A stretch of DNA of 64,000 bases from Ramazzottius varieornatus (GCA_001949185.1 BDGG01000002.1:2105826-2169825), one strand, 5' to 3'. Shown: positions 27,267 to 41,820, counted from the first letter of the stretch. The notes: generated from the sequence alone by a model not told the origin. Translations and numbers: made by a program.

Positions 27267-29465
27267 GTTTCCCAACGTTAGACCGCTCACTCAATCCAAA
27301 GTTCGTCTCGAAGGAAATTTTAGACTGAGGGGCAGTCAAAGATTATGTTCGAGGCTCTGAACTAGACAGGTAGAACCACGTAATTAACTTAGTTGGTCTA
27401 GCGGACGCATCCAAATGTAAAATCTTGAAAGATACAAGGTATGGCGCGCCTTCGCTGATTTCGTTAGCAACGAAATCCCCTTGACCCTCACTGCCGATTA
27501 AGCGTTATTAGTCGACCGTCCAAAACAACAGGAATCAGGTGTTTGGATTCAGGGTGAAGTGAATCTGACAGGCAAACCATGGAATCACCTAGCTGGAGCT
27601 TTGAGCAATTCCGTCAAGATCGTTTGTCACTCAGAAGACGTCGTGCCTGCGAACGAAAGACACTCGCTTTGGAAGGTAATTCCAAGTAGATAATAGTCCT
27701 CCACACGACGAGCTGTTTATGTCGCAAACGGTTGATTTAAAATTTGAGTTTGCTTGATCAACTGAAATCAGTCGTGAGTGAGGCAAAATTGCGTTTTTCG
27801 AAAGTCTCGAATACGGGAGCGGAAATGCGTGAGTTTTGCGGGGTAGGTTTGTAGACAAACTTTGCCTCCTGACTAGGCTGAAATTCATGGTTTTTTCTCT
27901 GGCTAGTCTGTCTGTCGATATCCCCGACACTAATAAGTATCAAGAAGCCCACACGTGAAACGCTATCTCGCAACGTGAATCACTGTGCAGGCAGGGATCA
28001 GCTGAGAAATGAAAATTTGAAATTTTGAGTCAAGTGTGCAGATAATAATCCGTTTTCGCTTTCAAGATAAGCTACTCGAGGGCAGCTTATCTTGAAAGCG
28101 GAACTTGGTAATACGCTTTCAAGATCAACACAATCAGCGGAGTTTTACGGCCTGTCGTGAGGAGGACTAATATAAATGTCTCTCAGCTGATTTTTAGCTC
28201 AACACGTCCAGCTACACTTACGGCTTTTCCACTTCCGCAGTATGTGTGCTCTTTGGGTTTTGACGCTGCCCACGCCAAATCTGAAGCACTTCGCAGACTA
28301 CACCACACTTCGAACACTTCCGGGCAAAATATGACTGCATAACCTGTAATCAGTAAGAGCAGAAATTCGAAACTGTGTGCGAGAAATTTAGTGCAGTGCA
28401 ATGCGAGGTACGATGGGGAGCTAGTTATTGGCAGATTGTCCGTTGTTAGTAATCAATCAGAAGCAGTGCCCAGACTAGAACTATCAGATGCAGAGCGCCT
28501 CGGTACCCCACATAAGCCGTCTGACCTGTGGCTCGGTATAGCTATGGGAACAAGGATACCGACGGGTTGCACGCGACGACGGGTCTGTCCGATGAAGGAA
28601 ACGCACCAGTGGAAACACCGTGCAATGACGTGGATGATCTGATGGTGAGCGAACCGTAGGCTTGCTAGGGAACAGATTAGACGCTGTGATGATGCTTTAG
28701 CAAGTCAGAACTCAGAACCTCGCCAGGCACGAAACCACGGACATGTGGACAGAAGAATCACAAATTTACGAGTGAAACCATATCGATCTCAACGGCGGAA
28801 GCGGTGAGGAGTGATTCGGTGTGACAGCAACCAACTAGCCAAATAGTACCTAAGTGCTGAACATATCAGCTCCTAAATGGCAGCTCCGAAGGGGCCCCAA
28901 GACGTTTTTGAATTGTAACGAGACGGTATTCAGCAAAAACAGCAGAATACAGTCCGGTCGTTCGAAATCCGTACCAAATTTCCACATTTCTAAAACGCGA
29001 AAATCATTAAAAGTTAACCACCCTGCGCGCCATGCTCAAACAGCTGGTCATCTACCTGTTGATTACTTGATTACACCAAGTAAGACAGGGCGTAGTGCCT
29101 GTGTTATGTAGTTATGGCATTTAGCATGCATACTGTATGGTGAATGTATAGCGGGCTCTGAACTGAGATCCAAAACTTGGGCACGGATTTCGAGCGACTG
29201 GACTGTAAAGGGAGAAACCGCCCACTCTGTCCGTGCGAAAGTGGCGCCATCTTACGTGCGCGGCGCCCTGCGATAGGGCCCCTGCTCCATGTGGATCGAG
29301 CAGTTGATTGAACGCCCAGTAACGACCGTTGATTGGTCCGATGTGAAACTCATCATTCATCACCTTGCACAGTCTCATCAAAATCTCTCCCTCCGTTTCT
29401 GTAGTGGCGTGTCTGCAAACCCCTGCTACATCCCTTCTGCTTGTGTTCTGAATAGGTATTGGACG

Positions 29466-31346
29466 ATGGTGGAAGAGGATGTCGAGATGCCGAGCCACGA
29501 AGAAGAAACTCAAAGCGACGAGGAAGAGGAGGAGAGCAGCATCGCAACTGAACAGCCTCCAGAAGAGTCCCAGCCAACGCTCAACTCCAACGATCCCGAC
29601 CAGCTGCTCCAGCTCATCTCCGACATGATCAAAGAAGAAGCCAACCCTACCGTCAACAACACCATCAACACCGTCTATCGTAATTCGGTTACAAACGAGT
29701 TGTTACATAGCGTTGATGGTTTGTTCGCAAAATGGAAAGAGGATCCCTTCTACCACCTCGGCTACCTGGACGGCAAGATCACTGCTGCCACTCAATCCAG
29801 GTCTGAGAAGTATAGTTGGGTAAAAGTTGGAGCGTTGGCCTGGGTGAAGCATGAACCTTTCGACTGGTGGCCGTGTTTCCTTCGCTCGGTGAAGAATGAG
29901 AAAGGTGTACTAAAAGTTAACGTCTTCTTCATCGAACCACACTACAAGGGCTTCTTGAGCTACTCCAAGACCCCAAACTATAAGAGGATGGACAAATTGA
30001 GACAGATGGTGCCCCAGCCTGTCAATCCACAAGAGGAAACACGACCCGAACAAGACGTTACTCGTAGCAAGCATACCTGGCTGCGCTGTCCTTCGTACAT
30101 GGATAATACCATGTTCGAGCTGGCTGAAAGGATGGCTACGATGATCAGTAAGCACAAGCACAGGATTATGACGGTAGAGAAAGGCGCGAAGAGGATCAAG
30201 TTGGATATCCTCGCTGGACTTTATTGGTAAGGAAAGAGAATTCGGATTCGACATTGACAGCTTCACCATTGATTGTTGATTGGTCCACACAGTCCGATGA
30301 ACCCGTCGCCAAAGTTAGATGGTTTCCACGCATCTGCTTGTTCTGTCCACAGGGAGGAGCGTGGTTTCTGGGCCTGTTTTTCGCGTGGGGTAAAAACTCA
30401 ATCCTTTAAGTTTTGGTTTTCTCGTTGCAGGTACGCTAACGCAATCTGGTGCCGGATGAACGGAGCTCGTGCCACCCTTGATCCTCCTCCCGCGTCGTGC
30501 GCTGAGTGGGAAGCCCACCTTTCCGAACTGGAAGACGTTTCTTACTGGCGCTTGTCTTCGGATGTCTCGACCTTCTCCACCGCGGCCCGAAAACGCAAGA
30601 AGGACGACGAGGTAATGAAAACAGAAGGAAAAATTAATCGAAAGTAAACGTGAAATGATGCATCAACTTTGGAATTTTGTAGGAAGACGACATTGAAGAA
30701 GAGTCCGCTGAAGACTGTTACGGGTACGATTACATTCCTCTGCCAGTTCGACGGGACCCTTCGACCATCGTATACGATTCTGGCGAAACCCAAGCCATCG
30801 CTGGAGCACGAGAAGCCTATGGCGAGGCGCTGCTGGAGAAAGTGTGCTCAGCAGAGTGCCAGCAGTATCTTCGTAGCTTGCGAGACATGGAGGCGAAGGA
30901 CCCGAGGCATACGTGGAGGTCGAGAGCCCTGAAGACCAGACAGACTTGGAAGTTCCTGAAGAACATCCGGGAGATCGCTAACCCTACAGGTCCCATCGTG
31001 AGCGATAGCCAGGTCTCGGCAGTTTATCGAGCTATGAAAGTCCTTAGGCGACGCTCAGACATTAGTAACGTTTAGTAAGTAATCTTCGAACAGAACAAAA
31101 TTCAAATAAAATAATAGAATGTAAAATAACATAGAACAAGATAAAATGATATTGGTTTACAGTTTCATGAAGGACTGTTACGAAGTGTGGGTTCCCGAAG
31201 CGTTGATTTACGCTATCATGAAAGTCAAGAACTGCTCGTACGACCAAGCTGAGAAAGAGTACCAAGCGCCACCTGCCTATACACCGGAGGAGGAAGCCGC
31301 GAACTGGCATACTGCTGATACCCTGTCTTTCACCGCTACACAGTAA
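29466..31346 (+). CDS. PWWP-domain protein resembling PWWP3A/MUM1 (EXPAND1); exons approx 29466-30226, 30431-30611, 30683-31070, 31162-31346
   Basis: KVGALAWVKHEPFDWWPCFL is PWWP-like. C-terminal EVWVPEALIYAIMKVKNCSYDQAEKEY resembles the MUM1 tail (LPEAIICAI...YKTAEEKY, recalled from memory). Acidic N-terminus; NLS-like RKRKK. Confidence 0.75.
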
Positions 31347-32974
31347 CGTTCCTGACTCGTTTTTACTTCCTCCAGTTTTCTGCTCAGAAAATGAACACTA
31401 CTGTTCTTCGGATGGTTTTTCTAGTTGTTTTTGCTGAGAGTAGACAAAATCGTTCCTGCTGATTATGGACGACTAAAGGTTCGTGTGTGGCCAACCTTTA
31501 CGGTTGGTGCGAGTTTGTTCTCCAGGTAAATCTGTTAAACACACCTGAGAGCGCTTATTAAAACTAACTGACTCTTGATCCACTTGCTAAGCTGGTTACA
31601 AGGACAATGCCGACCACTGTCTAGGTAATCCCTAAATTACACATATTATACCTGCATGATCATAACTTGACCGACCTCAGCTTGAGTCAACCTTCGCGCG
31701 GTCCTCGTTAGAATACCTTTAGTCGGATTAATCGGTTGAGCCAAAAGACGACGACAATGTGTTAATCAAGTTATGAGGAAGTGAACGGTGAGATGCTTAC
31801 AAGTGGTCGGGAAAGTTTGGTCGACACAAAAGAGCAGCGCATTTGATATGGAATATGGAGGTAATTGAATGGTGATGTCTAATTGAATTAGGAGGCAGTT
31901 GCTCGCTTGGTTTCTCACAGGTTGGGTCAGGTGACGGTCAGCAAGGTGCGGAGTAGATGCAAGAAGGAAGGTGAACCGCGATTGTAAGCGTCTCAATGTC
32001 CGATGGATAACTGCGGGAGGACCAGACAAACATGACAGCCGACAATGGGCAGACAATTGAACTTGCACCGCCTGCTGCTCCACCAGAATGACCAGCGGCC
32101 CTTACGTTAATGAACTTTTACCCAGACAGGCCATAAAACCTTCTTCACCTGAAAGGCCGTTTGAGCGGCACAATCGCATTTCACGAAGTAGTTCTCCGGA
32201 AAAAAGTGCAAAAGTGCAAATAGACTGAGTCAGATCAGCATTTGAAGTGGCGCACTTTTTCAATGCTGTTAGCTAGGAGCGTGCGCCACTTGGGGAGAGG
32301 AATCCGGCACAACTATACGCCTTACTGTGCGTCATACCAGAGTCAACCTTCAGAGCTGTTCATGCTGGTCTTTTTTTCACAACGCTATCACAAAGAAGAA
32401 AATAACGAGAAGGAGTTTTTGAAGTGGCTTTGTGAACTATTGGCGAAAGGAACACAATGGTATTTCGCCTCGCTGATTGTTGGTAACGCCGTATTATCCA
32501 CTGGAGACACTTGACTTCTACCTTGAGCCTTCGGTTCTGTTCAGCAGGACGATGGATAATAACTTTAATAAGTGGCAGATAATAGCCGATGGTCGGGGTG
32601 CTGCTTTGACACGTTGTTCCACGGTAAACGTCCTGCCGAGCTTTGTTATTCCAATACCTGCTGTCAACTCTCTCTTCTGGTTTGACTTTCGCCATTGTAC
32701 GTATTTTGTTCCCAGCTTTTCACTTTGTGTTGTATGCGATAACATGTCTTCCGAGTTTATTCAGATGCAGAACAGCGGAAAAATCTAAATTTCTGGTGGT
32801 TATATTCACAAGCCGCCTCTGTACCGTTCCGATGTGCACGTGGCGACAGAGATATTACTGTATACTTCCTTACGTGTATTTGCAGATCAGACATGGCAGC
32901 TGCGCCGCACCAATAACAAAGAAATACTATAGCAAAGGGCAATATTACCAGGTACTAGCTAGATCACTAGGAAG

Positions 32975-33172
32975 CAGTGTTGATTTCAGTCTCGAGCATA
33001 AATTCCGGCCGTTCGATCAATCAAGTACAACTGTCCCACTGAGACTGAATAGTAAAAACTAGCTTTTGTAACTCAGTTTTTATATCAGTTTTCCATATCG
33101 GTCTTTAGTTGACTTGTGTCGCTTGATTGATCGTTAAGTACGTAAATTATGCCCAGACTGAAATCAACACTG
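32975..33172. mobile_element. About 200-bp hAT-like MITE
   Basis: 18-bp perfect TIR CAGTGTTGATTTCAGTCT / AGACTGAAATCAACACTG, extending imperfectly inward; TSD not preserved. Confidence 0.7.
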
Positions 33173-36100
33173 GTGTATGAAGTTCTAAATTTCGCTAGTT
33201 GCAAATTTGCTAATGTCGCAGTAATGTCAGTTCCTTTTATAACTGCTTGCAAACGCCAATTGATTTTTTTGAAAAAGCAGGCGAGTTGATAGACGAGCAT
33301 GACTAAAGGCTTTGACTTTCGGCCGTGAGGAACCTGGTTCTAGCCACAGTAACTTTCCAACGAGGCTCTTGCTCCTTGAAGGAGCGGACGTCGCTGGTAA
33401 TGGATACCTGTGGTGGATTAGCGCTTGATGGCGGAGGGAGTAGGTATCGTTTGCAATGACTTCCTGGTGTGCAAAATGGCGTCCTGGAGTGCGTAAAGCG
33501 GTAATGCCGGGAGGATAATATCCCCGGCTTATGGCAGCTGATAAGGAGCTGAGCTCTTTAGACTGATCATTATCCAAAAGACATTCCTTCATAACTGCCG
33601 CCTAGACAAACGCTTCTTGGTGGGTCTTCTGTATATCCGCTCTTGCCTACTGTCCAAGCAGCCCAAGGCTGATTATGAGCTATGCGGCTATCTTGATATC
33701 GTCGACGTCGACCGTACTTCCCTCAAACTGATCACCATCTGAACCGGCTGATTTTGTGGCCGGAGTAGAATGTCGAATGGTCCATTTCAATTTTAAATGA
33801 AACCGGAAATCTAGTTTACTTTCCATGTCGACATGAAGAACCACCCAAGTTTGATGTACCACACATGACATTCGAAATGTCATTGCAAAACTTCACTGCC
33901 GAATTTTTGCGTCTTCCCGGAGCTAATGTTCGAAGATTTCTGAATTATACATATCACCACGACTATAGCTAACTGTAGAACAGAAACAAAATCTCGCAGC
34001 CAATGCATTCCTGCTCCCCTCAGGGTCATTCGACCTTGAGAATACTTTGAAGCTTCGAGGATCTGATGGCGACCTTTCGAGGAGCTTACACACACTTCTT
34101 TCTGTAATTTGTTCTGAAATTTCCAAGAGATAAAATAAAGCTACACTTCACGAATTTTGATCCATATGAACGTAATGTATAATTTAACGTGTCTTTTGCT
34201 TAGGTCATGAAATTGTAGGTCCAATGGCGCGCACAAATAAAATGTCAGCTTCACAAGTGCACGGCATACTCATTCATCATCCTTTTCACAGCACAATCCA
34301 CATTCAACTTGTCAGAGGCAACATTCTCGCAACCGTCAACATTTTCGTTGGCTGACATGAATACGCGGCACTTGCGTAGTTGCTCCGTCGCGAGCTCAGC
34401 AACTGACGGACACTACCCGTTTCTCCGCCATCAAGAACCGCGCCGTTTTGTCGACACTGTCAAGAGAACCGAAGAAGAAAGAGCTACTTGCAAATTAATA
34501 CCACCTGTGTCAAAGATTCGACCACAAATTACACCGTCGGCAATTCATCCACCATTTTCCCATACAGTATTCTTCAGCAGCTCATTGCCCACGTACGAGT
34601 TTTTCTCTGACTATGAGCTCTTTCAACTCTGGTTAAAGTGAAAGAGGCGGGTGCTTTATCTGCCACCAAGTGTTTCCCTATGTAAGTGACGCACGTCTTC
34701 AGTGTTATTGGCTGAGAGCGCGCGTCACTTGAGACATTGATCTTGTAGAGTTTGTTTGTCTACGTCGCAATCCACCTCCTTCGTTTTAATACGCTCAGAT
34801 CTGAAATAAAAAGAAAAGGCTCAACGGTTTGTTTTTGGCTGACTGCTGCGTATACAGCGAATCGACAATCGAAAATAAGCGGAAAAGAAAGAGGGGGATG
34901 TGAAAGGACCGGGAACATGTTTTGTCAGGGAGCGATCCATCTTCGTTACAAGTGCCATTAAGTGCTGCTTGTATGGCCATGATTGTTGTCATGATGGCAG
35001 AAAAGAGAGCTCGGGAGATTTGCCTTGCCTGTATGTCATCTCATGCTAGTGTTTGTCGAGCGGAGCGATACGTCCAAATATTGCTGGCAATGTACACGCA
35101 ATACAAAACTGCCACCATCGACAATATTCCTTCTCTTCAGCTTTAAAGTGTTCCATCGAGACTATGGTTGAGTTTTCACGTTAACATGGATCCCTTGCTG
35201 TGCTGTGCTGAATTCAATTGAAACGCAGGCCTCGCTCTTTCCACTTTTGACTGGATAAATGTGGCATTATAGGCATGATATCTGCGACCGACGCCATTGT
35301 GCCCGGCAATGAAAGCCTATCATTACTAGCTTTCATTGCCGGCTCTTACGCCCACAAACATTCTCGTGATCTTACAATTGTATACTTTGCGGCATATTTG
35401 AGACAACTACAGTAACATGATGCGAAGAATTACTCTGGTTTCTCAGGATCTTACTGCGGTAGTTCATAGATTCGTTCGTTCGGTCGGTGAGCTCACGTAG
35501 GATTCCCAGAAGACACTTTCGGCTTTTTTTACGGTGGTTTTGGCACTAAACGGGTGCATGTCGAAACTTATACTCGAATGGGTGTGTGGGAAGTAGGAAC
35601 CTCCCTGATAGCTACACACAATCTATGTGTCATGGCAAATGGTTGCATGGATTTTTTACCCTCCAAAATGACGTCAAATTTTGATCTAACAAGTAACTGC
35701 GACGTGGGTCAATGATTTGAAGCATATCGTTTTCCCAAGTGGCGCAGGCTGTCCGCCAAGTACAGTGAAAACATGCGCCACTTGACATGACAGTTTGGCA
35801 CTATTCACTGGCCACGTCACATTCCCACAAATTTTCAAATCTTTCGATCCGATTTCAAAGCAACATGGAAAATCCAGAAGTATGCAAGAATTTGCGAACA
35901 AATGCCAAGAAATTATAAAGGCGATCGAACCAAATATTAGGGATGCGCGATAGTGAAAACAACCTTTAATCTTTCAATATATTCAAACAAAAAACGCAGT
36001 GCATATTTGCGCTTCGAGCCCAGTCTGGCTCGTAAACAATGCCTATGTAAACGTTTACGAGGCCGAACAGTCAATCCCGCTGAGCTCGAGGTTAAAATCA

Positions 36101-37419
36101 ACAATGGAGCTGGAAAAAACAAGAAATTGATTGAGGTAAGCAAGGGTGGAAATTTGTCAGACTAGCAAGTTTTGAAGGTAAGGTAAGAGGCATCAGACGG
36201 GCGGCCGGCCGTCAGAAGCTAAGTTACCGTCCCAAACAAACACGACAGTCATAATTCACAAATTAAATATTATCCTAGCCGGCCAAATATCCGCGCTTCT
36301 CAAGCACGCTGGCCTTTGTCAGAGACATATGCCGACAGCAGAGATGGCAAAACGCTGTTGAATACACCCAAAGTTTGAAACTTGTGAAGCAGCTTGAGTT
36401 TCAAGCACGCATAGGCAAAGGCACAAATCCCATATTGAAAGTCGAGTATGATACCTTCAGCTTTGCTTTGACAGCTACGCTTTGCGGCACGACAGGCAGG
36501 TGTAGGCACTTGAACACATTTAGAAAATTTCCCCAAGTATCGCCGCTTTTCAATTTAAATATCCAAAACCATACAACAGATTTCGTTTTCGGCTCAAAGT
36601 TATCTGGTTCACTGCGGAAACCTCGCTCTAGTGGTGTAACGTAAAATACTGCACGAAGAGTGAGTATACCAGTTTTTCTACGAACACGTCTTGCTCCAGT
36701 GAAAGCTTTCTAAGTGAAAGACGAAGGGTCTGTTGAGTCGAATGGAATCCGGACGAACGAAAAGATGATATCTCTGAGTGAAGGAAAAGCGAAATTAGAG
36801 AAAGGTTGAACACTGAAGGCGATTAATCAATCGTTCAAAGCCGCGTAAGTTTACTGCCATTTTTGATTCGAAGTTATGGTTAGAGAGGGCGGGAAGGCGG
36901 TTTGTTTAAGCGTTGACTTGCTGTCCTTGTTAGGCTTGGATAGTGATAAATTATCTGCCAATCTCCGTGGCATTTACGACGATACACGAATGATTAATGA
37001 CTCTATCCAGAAATATGACGTGTTCCAATGGAACTTCATTCAGTTTCGTCCTACTTGACCATCCATCCACTCGATGAAAAAAATCATTTTCTGGTTTTCC
37101 ATTAATTTTTTCACCGAAAAAAACCTTCTTTGATGTGAATATCTATTATTGATTTCATTGGTCCTAAGAAAAACATGTCGGGGCTAAATTGCTTGATCAG
37201 ACCACATGGTAATACGGGCAAACTGGAAAGGCGGAGTCCGGTTTTTGTATTGGATTAAATAACCAGGAAGGCGTTTCTGTTGTGTCGATCACCTCATCCA
37301 TCTCCATACGACGATCAATTGCTTTTCCGTACTCGGTTTAAGTAAAATGGCCAATGATATCAAGAGGAAAGACTCGCAAAGTAAAGCTGGTCTTACGATA
37401 AAACTAGCTAGCTGGCAGC

Positions 37420-40400
37420 TTGATGATGATGGATACGAAGTTAATGATGATGATGGCAGGGACGGCTACGGCGGATAGCCTGGAGAAACGTATGGGGCTT
37501 GAGCCGACCAGTCCTTCCTTCGTCGTATGCTCTACACCGACGCAGGTTAAGTCGGCCCGTTCCGTCACCAGTGCTGATAGCGCCAAGGCGACCAGCACTG
37601 GTCCTGCTGTGAGTAGTTGTGTCAATGTAGCAGCAGCCAGATCGTCGTCTCTTATTGTCGAATCTTTAACTGTTCCAACGACACAGCACATCTTCCATCA
37701 TCATAATCTGTTGTCGTCATCCTCATTAATCTTCCCTAACCAGAGCACGCGCCATTCAACAGATTCGACGCTTGTTGATTCCACACCATCAATTGCTACG
37801 AATACCCCATCCATCCACTCGGATTTAGCCGGACATTCGCTTCAGTCTCATCAGGAAATAACCGCTATCAAGTCTGCGTTACTTCCGGGTATGTACGGTA
37901 GGCCACGAAGTCCACAAGTAACCCCTCACCTTATGACTATATATTCCTGACATCCCAAGCGCGCCGTATTCACGGCTGCACATTTTTCCTAGCATGTTTT
38001 AGAAACAAACGTGGCTTGCTCGAACTGAGGGCACTTATTTTTAATTCCCACATTTTAGAAATCCCCCCAGCCCGACATTTCAGTATTAATGGGTAGATCC
38101 TGTTTCTTTTCATTCCGTAAAAAGAAGCCAAGGTGTGCTACTGTCATTTTCGCGGCCAAAAAGTAGTTTTAAAGCAGACGGTTCGGCTTTTCCATGGTTT
38201 TCGACATCTGGTGGTTTACGCAATACATTACATGCATATCCACGGTTGGTTCGTCGTGATCAACGAATGCCGATAGCGCGCTCCAGAAGCCCAGCCAACA
38301 GTAAATGTCCTGAGGGTTCTTCACTACGTATTACATGTTCTATTTATGAAAAATTTTAATCGGCAACACGGTTTTCAGACCATAGTGCTGAAAAAATGTT
38401 ATAAAGATCATACCATGCAAGTCAGGGCTAACAGTATTAACAGCCTGTAAACCACCGGCCGCTCGGCGGAAGAATGCAACGATTATATCATCGGTTAATG
38501 GCGCTCGTAGTCGCAAAAGTATCACAGGTGAGCCCCCACCGATCAAAACAGCCATTAGCTGCCACTGTACCGAAATTATCACCGGGTCCGATTGCAGTCA
38601 TAAAAATTAGAGAACTCATTAGGCAAGCTGAAAAAAATTATACATCACAGAACCGTTGCACATCGTAATCATATTGCGCTGAGCCCAAGATTGATAGAGT
38701 GTTCATGGCTATCGTTTAGGGATAAGGGCCGTTAACGCCGGGAGAAGATGGCTTATTTGAGGAATGCCATCGGAAGTGTGAATTTTCTGCATGAACACTC
38801 GGCAGATTTACGACGTCCGTATGGTTTATGGACTAAGCCGAGTTGCCTGCATGATTGACTAATTACGTCGTAAATAGCCGCCATCGAAGACAGACTACAC
38901 GGCAATATATAATACAAAATCAACAACTACCACTCTGTCCTGGTTTGGCCTCTCATTTGTCCAATGTTCTTCTAATGGGTCGTAAATATTCTGTCCTGTC
39001 TCGTGTCAGCTACTCCATCAATATCACATCGGCCCGTACAGGCATTACTAATCAGCCCATCATTCCACGGAGTTATTGTCATTACGCCTTGACGTTGCCA
39101 CACTATATCATACAGTATCATTGAACATGCAGCCTAAAACGCTACTAAATGTTAATGCAGCTGCTCTATTCCGTCATTGAACCGTGGTAAACTATCCAAG
39201 CATGATTTATCTCTGTTGTTCTTCCGCCCCAACACTTCCGTCTGCCTTCGCGAATGCGCAACAAAACGTTTGTCCAACTTCCGAAGATAAACTTGGAAAA
39301 TCGAGTTTTTCATTCATACTAGACACACAAGATGATATCTTCAGGAACAGACCAGAAAATTTCGACCCTGTTTTAATTGCCAATCTTTTTATCGTGAAAT
39401 GACATGGTCCATTGGATCGATGTGAAAGCTATATTCTGACGACCTTTACTTGGATTAGGATTTTGTGGGAACACGTGGAACAACCCTGCCACACTCAGCC
39501 ATCACACTTTGAACACTTCAAATGGCAACTTGCAGAACGTTTACGCATCTTCTGCTGCGCAAGTGACCCTTACCTCGGCAGCCGGCGACAGGTCGGCTCC
39601 GTCAGCCATCGACGTCACCTCACCACTCAGCAGCAGTCCCACGCTGTCGGTTTATCCTCTCAAGGTGCTTAGGGCCACCTTGAGCCCTTCCACAAACACT
39701 GGCCTTGCATCCTCGTCGCCCGGATCATGCGCCACTTCCTACAGTGCTACGCCCGGTTACGCTGTACATTACTACAGCCCGCCACTGACCCCACTCGGCG
39801 CTACCTGCTTTAACTACCCTCATACCTCCAGTGCTGCCCCCTTTTCACCCATGCCGTACCTGAATTCCTGCCATACTTCGGAAGCCAACTACTGTCCTAA
39901 TATCCAGTCTGGCAACTGGGGCACTGTCTACGGTGAAGAAGGCTCTCCAGAGATGATCTACCCCTTCACGGAAGTAGCGAGAGGTTACGGTGACTACTCG
40001 GTGAACCACGGTGATGCATCGAACGGTAAACTAACCACTCGTAACGGCAGGAAGACCATACGCTCAAACTAGCTTGCATGTATCTTGAAAAGTCAGTGAT
40101 TACCTGTAGCTGCTGTAATCCTCGAACGAAGCAAAGGAAGCCTATTTAGGACATCGGCAAATAGAGTTGCCCAGAAGTCGTCAAAGTGGCGCGCGCACTC
40201 AGCCAATAGCAATGAAAACGTGCGCCACCTGAGGAACGATCTGGTTCGAATCATTGGCCGACGGCCTATTCAGCACACTACGTTCAAAGCATGCGAAATC
40301 CATCTTTTTTTGTTACAATTTAAGAAGAAAAACTTGAGCTGGATTCAATCGTAGACTAACTAACCTTCATAAGCATGCCAAGAATAAATTTGAACGTCAG

Positions 40401-41820
40401 CTTTTCTCACAATCTCCATCCCTGCGCATTTCGCCCTTTCCTATGATGTTTCTATTTTTCGCAGGCCACAATCCGGATTTGTATCGTCCAGGATCTCAAT
40501 GCAGCCCTAACAGCGGAAATCGCCACGTGTCCCGGCACTTTCCGGTTGTATCGTCGACGTCGTCGTCCTCTTGCAGCAATGGCGTGACAGCGCTGCCGTC
40601 CTCCCCGTCAAACACGAGTAGTGTTTATCCCTTTCAGGCCGGTTTCTCTCACTATCACAACGCTAACAGCGGCGTCAGTCATGCAGTGACTAGCCACAGT
40701 CCCAACAATAACTCCCCAGCCTATCATTCCCAGCACAACAAGCTGTACACCACTCATCCATTACATCCCGACAATGCAGCCTATATTCCCGATGCAACAA
40801 CGGCACGTGGCTTGGGTTATGAGCCCACCGCCGCCGCAAACGCCTCCCCCGACCGATCTCAACGATTACAGTATCTCTATCCCGACGGAACTCACCATCT
40901 CAGCCCTGGCCCCACTCTACAGTATCTCAAAGGTCAAAATATGGCCAGTCCTGAATACTGCTTGCAACCTCCGTACTATGGCAATGGAGGGGTCAAGCAC
41001 GAAGAACAGTGTCAAGAACCACTCGACTACACCCATCTGCAACATGTGGCGCCACCTGATAGCGGCGACGGTGCCGCGCCGAAGAAAGCGGTGACGTATA
41101 AATGGATGCAGGTCAAAAGAAGCGCTGCCAAAATTGGTAAGGCATACGAGATACCGTTTGTTTTCTTGAAACTCCAACAGATACTCTTTTAGTTTCGTAG
41201 ATCTTTCATGGAGTTTTTCTACGGTGTTTTTCTACGATGGTTATACAGTGTTTCTGTGCTGTAGTGCCCGGGATGCAGAATGGAGCCGGGAATGGTAGAG
41301 GCAAAGGCAGTGTCATAAGGAATACTCACGACGGTTCGTCGATGAGCGGCAGCGACTGTTTGATGGACGGCCAACAGCAAGCGTCAAACCAGGAACTGAC
41401 AGCCGCAGCGGTCCTGGCTGGCATGCCAGGCAGTAAGAATATCCAAATCCTGTCCAATGGCACCGGTCGAACCAACTTCACCATCAAACAACTTACAGAA
41501 CTGGAGAAAGAGTTTCAGTTCAGCAAGTACCTGACACGAGCCAAACGCATCGAAATCGCCAACGTTCTCGGGCTGAACGAAACTCAAGTCAAAATATGGT
41601 AAATATCGCTTACATTCGAAAACTAAACTGCTGTCTTCTTGGCAGGACTTTTTTGAGATGCTTTCCGTGACGGAATGTATTCTCCAGGTTTCAGAATCGG
41701 AGGATGAAGCAGAAAAAACGCGCCCGCGAAGGCGCCATCTACCCCTTGTCCAATTCGCCTAACATGGCCACTTCGAATAACTTGACGCACTCATCCGAAA
41801 TGAGTATGAGCGACGTATAA
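37420..41820 (+). CDS. lab: Hox protein Labial (Hox1); exons approx 37420-37888, 39459-40025, 40465-41136, 41265-41598, 41688-41820
   Basis: Labial-type hexapeptide TYKWMQVKR. Homeodomain [45 protein letters not shown]|[11 protein letters not shown] has PG1-diagnostic residues. Exon phases are compatible; the first exon is less certain. Confidence 0.95.
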
